Assembly (NCBI RefSeq): GCF_018977255.1
Contig: NW_024704743.1
Coordinates: 38,256,001 to 38,320,000, forward strand
DNA length: 64,000 nt
Reading direction: 5' to 3'
Source: Callorhinchus milii
Lineage: Eukaryota
The notes under the pieces were generated by a model. It made no database searches. It was given only the letters and a program-made list of their open reading frames with translations, and was not told where the DNA came from. Below, one piece after another: positions 1-13,117 of this stretch. Both the position numbers and the translations under genes were made by a program. The number at the start of each line of letters is the position of its first letter. Positions within the stretch are counted from its first letter, which is position 1.

Positions 1-173
1 AACACTAATCAGAAAATACTAAAGGAGATACCTGATGTAATGTATTTAGTTACAACGGAGGTTCACTTGTTGGAGTGTAGAACCTGACATTTACTTAGAA
101 AAAAAAATCCAAATGATGGTCACACGACCAGCTTTAAAAAGCTTTGGAGTCCTCAAGTGCTACAAAATGGGTG

Positions 174-361
174 ATTTGAAGGGATTATTACCCCCAGAAA
201 AACGATCTGCAAATCGACTAACAACCGGGTTCCTATTTACTGCTCGGTAAATCGAGACATGCGGAGTAAAACTTGGCCAGCGTTTCGCCCTGCCCGGGAA
301 TCACACCCAGGTCCCCTCTCACTTGCGAGGCGAGTGCTCTAACCACTAAGCTACAGGACTC
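174..361 (-). mobile_element. Young tRNA-derived SINE, 5' half
   Basis: Reverse complement starts GAGTCCTGTAGCTTAGTGGTTAGAGCACTCGCCTCGCAAG (tRNA-like head) and matches other copies in the window. Confidence 0.85.
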
Positions 362-434
362 CATGCATCCTGTGCATCCACTCTGCATGTTTTTTGTTAA
401 AAATGTATTGGATGATTTGGCATGTTACTACTCT

Positions 435-612
435 AATAATAATAATCCTTACATTTGATATAACACCTTAAGTCGTTGAGATGTCTCAAAGCGCTTCACG
501 GAATACATTGTAAAGTGGATTGACCGTGTATCTTGTGGGCGAAATGCGGCACCCAATTGCACACAGCAGTGTCCCACAAACAGTCGTGGATTGATGACCA
601 CATTTTTTTTTA
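435..612 (-). mobile_element. Young tRNA-derived SINE, 3' half
   Basis: Deu-like CTGTTTGTGGGACACTGCTGTGTGCAATTGG segment, L2-like tail and (ATT)n end. Confidence 0.85.
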
Positions 613-1090
613 GGTTAATAGGCGGGAGTAAGAAAGGAGATCTAGGACACAAACATAAGAGGTATTTTTCCTTCATTCCCTTGAATGTGGGTCAAATATC
701 TCTTTGTTAGCAGTTTTCTGGAAGATGAACCTTTTCAAAACTTGCAGTCTTCTTTTGGAAGAAGCAGTTGTGGGTGGGGTGGGGGGGAGGGAGGACTGGA
801 GAACTGGGGTAGGGGTTTGATCGAAAGACTTTTTGCTGATTCCAGATGCCCATCATGCATTCTCGGTACTCTCTGCAGAATGATGTTACAGTGTACAAAT
901 CTCATTGTGAGACTAGATTTTACTCATCAGTAATGTTGACTGGGTAAGACAATGCACAGAGTTGAACTGCTATTTAGTTTCTTTTTGGGAGAAAGCTTTA
1001 CTCTCTGATTGCTCTGTGGAAGGAAGCATACACTGATAGCTGAATCGTCATTGAGGAACATTTACTGTGATGTTTCTGTTGCTGTTACAG

Positions 1091-1210
1091 GTACTGGGTT
1101 GGATCCGGAATGGTGAATCTATGCTAAATGCTGGTCTCATCACTGCCAGTTCACTTCAGGAAGCTGAGCAATTGCAGCGGGAGCATGAGCAGTTCCAGCA
1201 TGCCATTGAG
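1091..1210 (+). CDS. TRIO: TRIO exon, spectrin repeat (120 nt, phase 0-0)
   Basis: ttacag|GTACTG...ATTGAG|gtaaga; [40 protein letters not shown]. Confidence 0.95.
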
Positions 1211-1754
1211 GTAAGATAACATCTGTCAATAAGGTGCTCTGTATTGATGATCAACACCATTAGGAATGTTGGAATGCACAGGAACAAAAAAAACATTTCA
1301 GGCCATCTAGCTAGTACCAGAGTTCAATATTTTGAACTACAATCATTCTGGCACATTTATTATTTGGAGCAGTCTAACACTTTAAAAATATTTAAATGTC
1401 CTTTTCATTCACAATATTTCCCATCCCTCTCTCACTTTCTTTGGCACGTGAGTTCTGTCTGTCTGTCTTTTATCATTGTCATTGAAGTCACTGACCAATG
1501 GGGAAAAAAAAGGATTAAATTCCTATATAATTTTCAAAATGACTTATTTGTTCTAGCAACTTGCAACTAAGCACCTGTGTAGCATTGTGTCACTTGTGAA
1601 GTAGGTGTTGACTTGTAGAAGTATATAACTTGAAGCAGCTATGACTGGAATCCATTCGCCTTCAGGTTTCATATTGCGACGCAGATTTCGCAGCTAACAC
1701 TGTATAATTTGCTTATTGATGCTATACACTCTGAATCCTGCAGTTATAATAATA

Positions 1755-2137
1755 TAATAATAATCCTCACATTTGATATAGCGCCTTATCACGTTGTCAA
1801 GACGTCTCAAAGAGCATCACAGAATATACTGTAAAGTGCAGTGACTGCTTTGTGGGCGAACCCAGCAGCCAATTGCCACAGTGGTGTCCCACAAATAGTC
1901 ATGGGTTGAGTGACCAAATTATTATTATTATTTTTTTGCCGGTGGTATTATTCCCCCCGTAAAAGTGATCCGCCAATCGATGAGCAAACAGGTTCCTACT
2001 TACTGCTAGGTAAACAGAGGTGTGTGTGTGTGGAGGAAGGAAACTTGCCTAAGGTTTCGCCCTGACCTGCCCAGGAATCAAACCTGGATCGTCTCGCTTG
2101 CGAGGCAAATGCTCTAATCACTGAGTTACAGGAATCC
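1755..2137 (-). mobile_element. Young tRNA-derived SINE, full length
   Basis: Head, body and (ATT)n tail all match the other copies. Confidence 0.9.
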
Positions 2138-2978
2138 ACAAGACATGATAGAGAACACAATAAGCCTATTGTCAGTTGTCTCCAGACCATTCAATGGTAT
2201 TAGTCAAATACTTTGTATACATTCAAATTGGTCGAAAAGTAACTATGGACAACAAAAAACCATAGATATTGAATTCCCAGTTTTAAATAACCAGGTTTAT
2301 GCATGTCCTCGGGGAAAAGTAGACACACATTTGGTGTCCCAAAGCTCCATTTGCAGTGTAGTAATTAGTTAAATCCAATCTAGTCTATTTTTTAATTGTA
2401 AATTGTTGTGCTATTTTGGTCTTCTTGTCTAATAAATGGGGCAAGAGTGTATTTTGAAGACCATAAAATTGCTGAAGTTCCTCTCACCGCGACCTTTCTC
2501 AAACGTCTTTCAGCACTGAAAAGATGGCAACATTTGATGATCAGAGTTTTTCTATTAGTCATTTGAAACAATTGCTTACAACAATCTTTTATTCTCTCTC
2601 CAAACCCAAAGACCAGTTTCTGATTACTTAGTATCAGGCACTCAGCAATTGCAGCAGAAATTGTAAGCCTTGATGTACAATAGATTGTACACAGGATAAC
2701 ATCTAAATGTCTTATCTTAAAGTTTTTTTTATTATTGTGTCAATTTCAGTAAAAGTAAAGTTCTGCTTCGTAGATGCACATTCCATAGCCTGCCACTGTG
2801 ACCTATATTTTATTGTAGTTTTACTGCTATCAAAAAAGGAACTGGATGTACCCATCAAATCTGTAATGACTTGCTTTATTTACAGACCATTATTTCCATC
2901 AAAATCAACCTGGGTTAGTAGGAACATTTTGAAATGTGATTTTCTTTGTCTGATGTTTGTAACTTTTTGTCGGAATAG

Positions 2979-3170
2979 AAAACCCATCAAAGTGCCCTGC
3001 AGGTGCAGCAGAAAGCAGAAGGCATGTTGCAGGCCAACCACTATGACATGGAAATGATCCGGGAGTGTGCAGAGAAAGTCGCCTCCAACTGGCAGCAGCT
3101 CATGCTAAAGATGGAAGATCGGTTGAAGCTCGTCAATGCTTCTGTTGCATTCTATAAAACTTCAGAACAG
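2979..3170 (+). CDS. TRIO: TRIO exon, spectrin repeat (192 nt, 0-0)
   Basis: aatag|AAAACC...GAACAG|gtaagt; KTHQSALQVQQKAEGMLQANHYDMEMIRECAEKVASNWQQLMLKMEDRLKLVNASVAFYKTSEQ. Confidence 0.95.
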
Positions 3171-4990
3171 GTAAGTAAATTGTTCTAAACATCTGAACAA
3201 GACAGCTTTTGCTTTGCCTCACATCTGCAGTAAGAGGCTACATTTTATAACGTGGTTGATGGCCTGAGTGCTTCCATAACTTGGTGTTGCAGTAAACCAA
3301 TGGATTGTCCACTGGATGGCGTTAGATCTGAAACATTAAGGGCTTGTAAAACAGGCAAATAATGTTAGTATGTTCCTCATAAGAAACAGATGAGAATTCT
3401 GGCACCAAATCTACTTTGGAATATTGAAACCAGGCCAATTTCTGTTTTAAAACTGCTGAATTGTAAAAATGCTGAAACATTCTGGGCTTTATTAAAATCT
3501 GGCCTTTATTAATGAGTGCTCATTGCAGGATAGATCATATTAAATTGAGATCTGAACATTTATTGTTGCTCTATCTACTCTGTTCTGAAGTGACAGTTGC
3601 TTTGACTTGATGGCACTGGTAAAGTTGTGGGAGTTGTTACTGTTTGGTCGACCGGCAGCATCTGAAGCCTTGCACCTTTACTCATGAAAGCAAGTTAAAA
3701 TAGTGAATATTCACAAGCCAGATGCAGTGTGTGTTGCTATCTGTGTCTGCTGTGGGGATTGTCACTGGTGTCTGCTGTGGGATAGTCACTCGTCTCTTGT
3801 GTTGGGTTGTCACAATGGCTGTGCTGGATTTTCACTCGTTGAGTGGGATGATTTAAGTTCTTCCCGCATAGATGAATTTATAATATTGTTTGGGAAGCCT
3901 TGAGCTGCCAATGTCTGTTTCCTTGAGATAGAAAACAGATGTAACCAGCCCTGGGGAATGGATCCAGAATTTAGATACTTGAGGGGAAGTTGCCATTGCC
4001 ACTCCTTATTTGGGGCACAGTGAATAGGGTCTGGAACCAGGCAGGTTGAGGAACAAGGGCAAGCAAGCTAAAAATGAAACCTTTTCACGTGTCACTCAGT
4101 CACTAGCTGCCCATTTATTTGTATTAAAAATTACCAGCGACTCAGTAAATTATAAAAAGGATCATCTGTTTAAAGGCATCAGTGATAAAATGGGAAAGAA
4201 CTGTCTGAAGTTGTGGATTAACATTTTTATTTGGTTACCCTGTTATTATCTAGCTGGTTATAGTGATGAAGCATTGCCATTGTTCTGGTAGTCTGATGAA
4301 AGATGTAGGAGAGTTAACTGCAGGACAAAACTATGAATGTCTTTCACAACTACTGAAACAATGTGAAGTGTGAAGATGAATCTAAAACCATCCGGAGGAA
4401 ATACCAAACCTGAAATGGGGCATCTCATACATTCTTTGAATTGTCCTCTTTTTTAAAAGAAATGTTCCTCTGTTAGTCCATCTCCTTTACACACACACAC
4501 ACAGTGAATATTTGTGTTAGCCAGGGAGCAAACAACTGCTCCTTATGACAGGATCCACAAAATTAATAGATGTTTTAATCTGTTGGTTTATTGTCTGGTT
4601 CAGAGTGGGCGGGGGAGGATAGATACAAAGAAAAAGAGATTCACCATGACCTATTCTGTTTAGTGGTGCAATGATAACTGATCCCAAATCTATCAGTCTA
4701 TTGTTTTTCTCACTGATGATATGGGCTGGGAGGGGGGTGGTGGGGGCGAGGGAGGATAAGATGGGTGAAGGACTCTCGCCATTACACGTCTGTTTTCCTT
4801 TCCTTTTAATGATTTAGCACCACAGCATTCATTAACAGTTAGACTAATGGAAGGCTTTTGAGTCCCCAGTGGTGTAGAGTTGAGTATATTTTTGTTCCTG
4901 GGTTTAGAGAGGCCTGCACAGCAGCTGGAGAGGTCAGTTCTTTGTGAATACCTAAAAGGAAAAACAAATTGAATTTACAAACCTGGTGTT

Positions 4991-5017
4991 ATTATTATGA
5001 TGATGATGATGATGATG
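4991..5017. repeat. (ATT)/(GAT)n microsatellite
   Basis: attattatgatgatgatgatgatgatg. Confidence 0.85.
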
Positions 5018-5489
5018 AAATAACTGTGTTATGGTCGGTTTAGTTTACTGCTGTTGTTAAGCTAAAGATTTAAATTGTTTATGATTCCAGCGCATATTCC
5101 TTCCTCTTCCAAATTCATGTCAAACATTCAATAAATAAGTTTTGGCCTTTTTATTTGAAAGGTACTATATCAGTGCAAGTTGCTGTTGATATAATTCTTG
5201 AGTCAATTCAGATTTTTTTTACATTGAGGCATCACTTTCATGGGGATTATGTAAAAGTCAAATCAGTGTTTAAGCTTTAAAGCAACGTAATGCATATCAT
5301 AATAATATACTGTAAAATGAATTGACTGTATATTTTGTGGGCAAAATATCATGTATTTTAATGTTACCACAGTCAACAAATTATTGGGGTAAAAATTGTG
5401 AAATCACAATAATGTATTTTATTGCTATCAGTCTACAGTAAAACTTTCAATTGAATTGACAGAGTTGCTTATATTCTTTCTCTGTACAG

Positions 5490-5639
5490 GTTTGCAGTGT
5501 ATTGGAGAGCCTGGAACAGGAATACAAACGCGAAGAGGACTGGTGCGGAGGAACCGACAAGCTGGGTCCAAATTCAGAGTGTGATCACGTGACGCCCATG
5601 ATCAGCAAACACCTGGAACAAAAGGAAGCTTTTCTCAAA
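5490..5639 (+). CDS. TRIO: TRIO exon (150 nt, 0-0)
   Basis: gtacag|GTTTGC...CTCAAA|gtatgt; VCSVLESLEQEYKREEDWCGGTDKLGPNSECDHVTPMISKHLEQKEAFLK. Confidence 0.95.
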
Positions 5640-5900
5640 GTATGTGGAAATTCTGAGAATTAGCATTTGGTAGTATTGTAGAGAAAGGCGACAAAGGCAA
5701 TGTTCTGTGTATGAACATGTGAACATAGTCTTTACTAGCACTTCACTAATGGTCGTTGGGTGAAATTCTGTAGACTCCACTTGACCTGAAAAGTACCCAG
5801 CAGTACAAATATATCGCTTCGTGTATTTTGTTTTAACTTTATTTCTGCACGGCACAAAAGTGGAGAAATAGTGCTGGGAGCAATCTGCAGCATAATGATC

Positions 5901-6374
5901 TGTGCCAATGGAAGCGTGTAGAAATATTTGCCAAAAGCTGCAGGGCATTTGACAAATTTTGTGGGAAAATTGCGGAGAAATATGGTAAATTTTGCAGGAA
6001 ATTGCAGAGGGTTGCTTCGTGCCATTTTCTGAGGCAACCAGGATTAAAACTATAGGCATATATTTCCTGAACCTGTGGTTATATTTAAAATACTATAAAT
6101 GTTAATGTGAATAGTACAGCACTTACCAAGAATTCATCGTAGGAGCTCAGTTTAGGACGGGGGCCGGGTGAAGCCGATTTCCCGCCGTGTCCGCCATCCC
6201 AAAACCTCCTGCGCCACGCATGTGCAACTGGAGCCACTCCTCACAGTAGCAGAGTCGAGCAAACAGCACGAGAGGCCCAGGACCTAGCACACTGTGTGTC
6301 CAGGTTTGTAGCGGAAGAGAGCGTTTGTAGCGGATTCCATGGAAAAAGTGCGGCTGCGCCTTTCTATTGGCCCA
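5901..6374. mobile_element. Unclassified TIR-bounded non-autonomous element, copy A
   Basis: Degenerate inverted ends tgtgccaatggaag / ctttctattggccca; colinear similarity, in opposite orientation, to 56072-56796. Confidence 0.65.
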
Positions 6375-6442
6375 GATAATATCTTACATGACTGTTGATC
6401 ATCTATTTATTGGCTAACTTTAGTTCTGACCTTCTCGATTAG

Positions 6443-6557
6443 GCGTGCACTTTAGCACGAAGGAATGCTGACGTCTTCCTGAAGTATCTCCACAGAAACA
6501 GTGTAAACATGCCAGGAATGATGAGTCACGTCAAAGCCCCTGAGCAGCAAGTGAAGA
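6443..6557 (+). CDS. TRIO: TRIO exon, spectrin repeat (115 nt, 0-1)
   Basis: gattag|GCGTGC...GTGAAGA|gtaagt; ACTLARRNADVFLKYLHRNSVNMPGMMSHVKAPEQQVK. Confidence 0.95.
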
Positions 6558-7232
6558 GTAAGTTGTCCACTTCTGTTCAAAGTTTGGAGCTTTGAGTGAC
6601 TGCTGGCCTTTGACTAACGTCTGCTGAAAGAATGTCTGGAATGGATATTAACACGTTGTGATGCCTCCTTTCAATTTTTCTGTTTACTTTAGTTAATCAG
6701 TGACGTACTGCAGTTTTAGGGCCATGTGTAGACAAGGGCCACATGAACACTCCAAAGTCAAACCATTTTTCCAGAATATGACCTACCCACCACAGGGCAG
6801 CGTGTAATTACAAACCATTTCCTTGCCCTTTTTTATTGTAAAAATTAATGAGCAAATAGAGAATCTAACAGACTTAGGGGAGAATGGTGGCAACTGCGTT
6901 GTAGACTGCAAAACTTCATAAATAATATATCATTGTATTATTATAAATACAGTGATTGTAAAGTGGCAGAATTTATACTAGCTGTGAAGAATAGGAAATA
7001 TATGGAGACTCTGGGAGTTATTTTACACAACATTGTGATCTTTCCTTTATATTGTTATCGTGGAAGATCGTATGTCAGACACCAGCATGAGTTAAGATGC
7101 CTGGAAAGTAAAGTACCCAACAATATACACTAAGATTCTAGAAACTATTAAGATTTTTCTTTGTCTCCTCTGTTACTATTACCAAGTGTGCTTGTGTGTT
7201 TGTATATTTATTGAAGTCTAAAATGAATATGT

Positions 7233-7302
7233 TGTGTGTGTGTGTGTTGCGTGTACACATATATGTGTGTATTGTGTGTGTGTATATATATATATATACA
7301 CA
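7233..7302. repeat. Compound (TG)n/(TA)n microsatellite
   Basis: Directly visible. Confidence 0.9.
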
Positions 7303-7810
7303 CATTTACCTGATGCCAAATGTTTAATTTCTTCAGACTCTACAAATTTGTGATTGGTTTCTCGAGATAATTGCAAAATTCTCCATTCAATTTCAAATAG
7401 CATTTATGAAGTTTTGTGGAATATTTTCCACCAGGGTCAAGCCGAATACTGAGGCAGATCTTAGTTTTCTCAGGAGTGAGGTGTATATTGTACCATTATG
7501 AGTTTTAGTTAAGGGTAAAAGCCATTGAGCCATTGAACGACGATTTATTGGAGATGAGGGCAGAGCGGGAGGATTTGACTTGGTCCAGCCAAGTCTGCCG
7601 ATGGACAGTTAGGTTTGATTTAAGCCGGTGCATTCAGCGGAACGCGCCCTGGGTTTAAGGGAACGGAGGTGGCTGGTGTACCAAGGTATAAGTATTAAAT
7701 ATTGTATCTTGTACAATATCCAATTAGATTTGTTGTTGTGCCGAATTACTCATTTGAATTCTGAATTGATATTGCTATTATTTTTCAATGGGTCTCTTTA
7801 TATGATACAG

Positions 7811-7926
7811 ACATTCTCAACGAGCTGTTACAAAGGGAGAACCGAGTTTTGCATTTCTGGACGATGCGGAAGAAGAGACTAGACCAGTGCCAGCAATATG
7901 TTGTGTTTGAGAGGAGCGCCAAGCAG
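7811..7926 (+). CDS. TRIO: TRIO exon (116 nt, 1-0)
   Basis: atacag|ACATTC...AAGCAG|gtcagt; (N)ILNELLQRENRVLHFWTMRKKRLDQCQQYVVFERSAKQ. Confidence 0.95.
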
Positions 7927-8002
7927 GTCAGTAGTTGCTTTGTAAAGGTTTGAGGTGCGTGAAGGCTAACATTTTTCAAACATGGTTATTAATGCAACAC
8001 AA

Positions 8003-8338
8003 TATAATAATCCTTGTAATATCACATCTTCGAAACGTCTCAAAGCACCTCACAGAATATACTGTAAAGTGAATTGATTATATATTTTGTGGGCGAAACG
8101 CAGCAGCCAATTACAGACAATCATGAATTGAGTGACCACAGTTTTTTTTAAAAAGGGATTATTACCCCCTGGAAAAGCGGTGCGCCAATTGACTTAACAA
8201 CTGGGTTGCTACTCACTGCTAGGTAAATAGAGGCGTGTGGAGCAAGGAAACTTGCCCGACGTTTTGCCCGGCCCGGGAATTTAACCCAGGTCCTCTTGCT
8301 TGTGAAGCGCATGCTTTAACCACTAAGCTACAGGATTC
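8003..8338 (-). mobile_element. Young SINE, near full length with small internal deletion
   Basis: Matches copies at 1755 and 51977. Confidence 0.88.
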
Positions 8339-8551
8339 CACAAACATCACTGTTTGGCTTGGATAGAAAATGCTTTTTCTTTATGCATTGACAAATAAAT
8401 ACTCAACTAAATATTTTATTTTCTCAAAATATATGAGCTAAACAGAGGTCAATGAAATGCCCCAGAAGGATATGGATGTAGAATCAGTTTGTATGCTTAG
8501 AAAGGATAGATGCAGCACTTGGGAAGTAATATATTAATGGATATGGAGAAA

Positions 8552-9162
8552 ACAAGCAATTAGGAAGGCTAATGGTATGTTGGCATTTGTTACAAAAAGA
8601 TTAGAATATAAGAGCAGGGAAGTCTTGCTGCAACTGTATAGGGCCCTGGTGAGACCGCACCTAGAGTATTGTGTGCAGTTTTGGTCTCCTTATTTAAGAA
8701 AGGATGTACTCACCTTGGAGGGGGTACAACGTAGATTGACTTGGTTGGTACTAGGGATGAGGGGGATGAGTTATGAGGTTAAGTTGAGCAATTTAGGCCT
8801 ATATTCTCTAGAATATAGAAGAATGAGAGGTGATCTTATAGAGACCTATAAGATAGTGGGAGACTTTTTCCCCTGGTTGGAGAAACTATAAAATTAGGGG
8901 TAAGCCCTTTCGCACTGAGTTGAGGAAAATCTTCTTCACTCAGAGGGTAGTGAATTTATGGAATTTTCTACCCCAAAGGACTGTAGATGCTCAGTCCTTG
9001 AACATATTCAAGACTGAGATTGATAGATTTCTTGTGGATTAAGGGATACGGGGATAAGGCGGGTAGGTGGAGTTAGAATAGATCAGCCATGATCTTATTG
9101 AATGGCGGGGCAGGCTCGAGGGGCCAAAATGGCCTACCGTTGCTCCTAATTCTTCTGTTCTA
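8552..9162 (+). mobile_element. CR1-clade LINE 3' fragment
   Basis: LYRALVRPHLEYCVQFWSPYLRKD..LEGVQRR; RGDLIETYKI; CR1 3' end ggcctaccgttgctcctaattcttctgttct. Confidence 0.92.
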
Positions 9163-9759
9163 AGAAGTGGAAAAGTGGGATTAAAAGATTTTCTGAGCAG
9201 TCGCAATTGTCTGAATGATTTTTTTCCTTTTTCTACAGCATTTGATAGTTTTTCCATCATGTTACTAGTTTGATCAGATTTACTTATAAATATTACTCTT
9301 TCTCTCACACACATATGTGCACACACATTCATTTGTGAATAGGTTATATTTGTACTGCAGTAGATTTGTGAGTTCTAAGTGTGTAAAACACGTAATGTGA
9401 AAAAATGAAAATCAATATTAATTTTTTTTAGATTTATTTATGCTAACAGACTTCTTTTAGGGCTCGCAGGATAAGCCAAACTCTTGAACACTCTTCTCTT
9501 CCAGCAAGGCCTGAACATTACATGAAGCCAATAAATCGGTAGCAGGATATTGCATCTTAGCTCACTCAGACAAGTGGTTGTTTGCACCACCCTGTGGCAG
9601 CTTAAATTAGATGCATTGTATTGATAATTGTGGCATATATTACATACTTGCGATTTAAGCCTAATAACAAGATCACAAGATTGTTCTGGATGAAGAAATT
9701 CCTTCAGTTGATCTGATCTCATCTCTCATGGATACCTGCCCTCTTGTCCCCCCGTCAGT

Positions 9760-10135
9760 TAATCAAGGTGCTGTTTAAATGAGTCTTGTGTCCTGGGCTC
9801 TGTCACCTTTCCTGGTCACCAGTTCTAGTCGTTGATTACCCTCTGCATAAAGAAAAACTTCCTGGTATTTGTCTTGAAATTGCTCTTTGCAACTCGAAAC
9901 CTAATGTTTTGATCTGGGTTTACTTTTTCAATCCCATTTGAAATTTTGTACACCTCAGTTTTTTTTCTAAGGCTGAAGAGCCCTATCTTGTCTAGTCATT
10001 GCTCATTCCTCTTAACACTGGAGATCATCCTCATTGCTCTCCACTGCTCTGCTCCTAGGGCTTGGAAGGTCCCCTTATGTAGTGGTGACCAGAACTATAT
10101 TCAAGGTGAGGGCTGACCATCCACTGAACAACCTG
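9760..10135 (-). mobile_element. Degraded CR1 fragment
   Basis: Reverse CR1 motifs (taccctctgcataaagaaaa, tgaaattttgtacacctc, ggtgaccagaactat). Confidence 0.6.
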
Positions 10136-10746
10136 AGAATAATGTTTCAGGATCTAAACTCAATTTATTTATCAATATAGCCCACGGTCCTGTTTGAAAT
10201 AAATGAAGAAGTCTGTTGCAAAATAAATAGTGAACCAGTTGTAGTCCTGCAAGAGCAAAATGACTACATTACTTCTAAAACAGACAATCTCAAACAAAAT
10301 TCTGATATTAATGTTACATTGCAAATTCAAGATCAAGTTTGGAGCTCGTCAGACAATTTAAATTGGTTAAAAATTATTTAAAATGTCATCTACTCAAATA
10401 AAAAAAAGTACTCAAATCTGAAGGGTGAAGGAAAATGCACAACATAACTTAATAAATATAACAAGCTGTAATATTCTGTAATATTGTTCAAAAATACCCC
10501 GATAACGATGCAAACCCAGCACTAATTGAGAGAAAAAGTGAGAGAACTGTATGAGAGAGTTCTGATGTAGTGGGTGTGTATCCAGAACTATCTGTTAGCT
10601 GTTGTTTATTTGAATGCCGAAATATTTCATAAATTATGTTGAAAATTGTATAGTTAGTGAAGGATAAGCAGCCCCATTTTTATGCTTTGCGAATAAACCT
10701 GCTTTAATGTTGCTTGCCTGATAAAGTGTGCTTCAATTATTTGCAG

Positions 10747-10869
10747 GCACTGGAGTGGATCCATGATACTGGAGAATTCTATCTGTCCACACACACATCT
10801 ACAGGTTCCAGTATCCCACACACTCAAGAGCTTTTAAAAGACCATGAAGAATTTCAAATCACCGCAAAG
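10747..10869 (+). CDS. TRIO: TRIO exon, last spectrin repeat (123 nt, 0-0)
   Basis: ttgcag|GCACTG...GCAAAG|gtaagc; ALEWIHDTGEFYLSTHTSTGSSIPHTQELLKDHEEFQITAK. Confidence 0.95.
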
Positions 10870-11004
10870 GTAAGCAGAATTCCTGCTAATTAAATAGCAT
10901 TTGCAGGTCATGCTAGTGAGGTAAATAGTAACTGAATTGCAAAATAGATATGTGCGTGAAACTTTAATTCAGTACAATTACCGAACCGATCGATTTCAAG
11001 ATCC

Positions 11005-11375
11005 TCTTGCTTGTTTTCAAATCCTTTCATGCCCTACACCTCCCTACCTATTCTGCCTGCTTACCCCTCACTCCACCACTCGCTGCCTCTGCTTGACCCG
11101 CTCCAGCCCCCTGTTCTTCCCTCGCCCTCTCCTCTGGTCCATCATTGTCAGCCATCCTTTCAGCCACTGCGTCCTGAAGCTCTGGAACTCTCTCCCTTAA
11201 TCCCCCCTCCTTGCCCTCTCCCTCCCCACTTTCAAATCCTGCCTAAATACCCTTTTTGATCGTGTTCAGAGTCACTTCCCTCTACCCCTGGCTCTGGGGT
11301 CAGACTCCACCACTGTCAAGCGCTCCGGGACGCTACACCACGTGAAGGGCGCTATATAAATGCAAATTGTTGTTG
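11005..11375 (+). mobile_element. L2 3' fragment
   Basis: C-rich body, KLWNSLP motif, tail gtgaagggcgctatataaatgcaaattgttgttg. Confidence 0.8.
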
Positions 11376-12264
11376 ATTTTACAAGATTAATGTGCAGTGA
11401 GACTTGTAAACTCTGTTATGAAAATTGTAAGCTGTTCTAAATGCATTCCTGTCATTTAGATAGCTCCTTTTGTAGTCAGTCATCTGCATTTAAATATTAG
11501 CTTTGTAAATATCATTACTCTAAAATACATACAACAGAACCTGGATTTTGTTTAAAGAAGTAACTCCTAACTCGCTAATACAGCTTCTCCTCTATGCCTT
11601 GCACATGTGTTTACAGTTTAATGCACTAAAGGTACTCTATGGAATATATTGTAAAATAAATTTCAAGTATTAAATATGTGTTTTAAATTCTTTTTACGAA
11701 TATTGAAAGTAAAATAAGTTGTTATAGACATTTTATTGTTTGAAAACCTAGTGACAGATATATATGGCAGAAAATGTAAACATCAAAGTGGAGGGCGCTA
11801 TATAAGTGCATGTTGTTGTTGTAATCAATAATAAAAATTAGACAGAGAGAACTGGAGACCAGCACTTTTAAGTTCAGCGCCTTGGGACATCCTCCTGACA
11901 TGAAAGGCGCTGTACAAATGTAATCTTGTTGTTGTTTAAGTTCAGTGCTTATTTTTGTACTTCAATGTTATATAAGCTACAATAAAACTGATCTTGATAT
12001 TTGAAAGTGAAATGCTATTTGAAACCATAGGAAAATGATAACTGTTGCAATGTATCATTATTGTGTTAATATTGTGACTTGCTTCTTTAGCACAGTGAAT
12101 GCATGAGCTGCTTAAGTAGACTGGAATTTCTTAACCTATGCCAATCTACTTTATTTTTGGTGATTCGGTTCCCATTGATTTTCATATGGTCAAGTTTAAT
12201 GGTCTACTGCTCCTAGTATATATGAATTATCTGGATTTGCAGACCCAGTGTAAGATAGTAATTT

Positions 12265-12720
12265 TCATATGCCGATGACACCAAGTTGGGGGGAACTGTG
12301 GCAGGGTCCTAAAAAGAGAGCTTGATACGGGAGGCACATGGGTTGCTAACTGACAAATTAAGTCTCAAAGTACTGCATATAGGATCCAAGTAAGAACTTG
12401 CTAAGGGGGAAACTGAAGGAGATCTAGGGTGTAAATTGACTCGTCACTCACCCTGTTAAAACAATGTGAAGCAGCAATAAAAAAAAGGCAAACAGGATGC
12501 TGGGCCTTATTACTAAATCAGTTGAGTACAGATCCCCAGACATCATCCTCAGACTGTGCAGTGTCTGGTCAGAACACACCTTGAAGTTCTGGTCACCGTG
12601 ACATAAGAGGGCTGTCCAGGCCCTGGAGGCAGTACAGAGGAGAGCAACGGGGATGGTTGGACAATGGAGTAACGAGGATTAGATTGGTCGATGGGATCTG
12701 TGATGCAGTATCCTGATCTA
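12265..12720 (+). mobile_element. Degraded CR1 fragment
   Basis: gccgatgacaccaagttggggg (ADDTKLG), KANRMLG and LVRTHLE remnants. Confidence 0.7.
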
Positions 12721-12828
12721 TGGTACTTCACACAGAGCAACCTTAATGTCACAGAGCTTGATTGGCTTTTGTTTTAAAAAAAAACTTCATAGCGCTCATT
12801 CTTTATACTTGTTCCTGTTTGTTCGCAG

Positions 12829-13017
12829 CAAACCAAAGAGCGTGTGAAGCTGCTAATTCAGTTGGCTGATGGTTTTTGTGATAAAGGACACTCCCATGCA
12901 GTTGAAATCAAAAACTGGGTCACAGCAGTGGATAAGAGATATCGGGACTTCTCCCTTCGCATGGAGAAATACCGCGTGTCACTAGAAAAGGCACTGGGGA
13001 TATCCGACTCCAAAGCA
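12829..13017 (+). CDS. TRIO: TRIO exon (189 nt, 0-0)
   Basis: tcgcag|CAAACC...AAAGCA|gtaagt; QTKERVKLLIQLADGFCDKGHSHAVEIKNWVTAVDKRYRDFSLRMEKYRVSLEKALGISDSKA. Confidence 0.95.
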
Positions 13018-13117
13018 GTAAGTGAAGGAAAGAAAATATTTGTTTCTCTCCCTTTCACTGTCGTTGTTCTACATGCTTCAATAATTCGGGGTTCTTTTTT
13101 TCCCCCTCCTAACACAG

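Noticed and set aside
771..815. G-rich potential G-quadruplex (also 4724-4765)
   Set aside because: Low-complexity G runs are common in introns; there is no contextual support.
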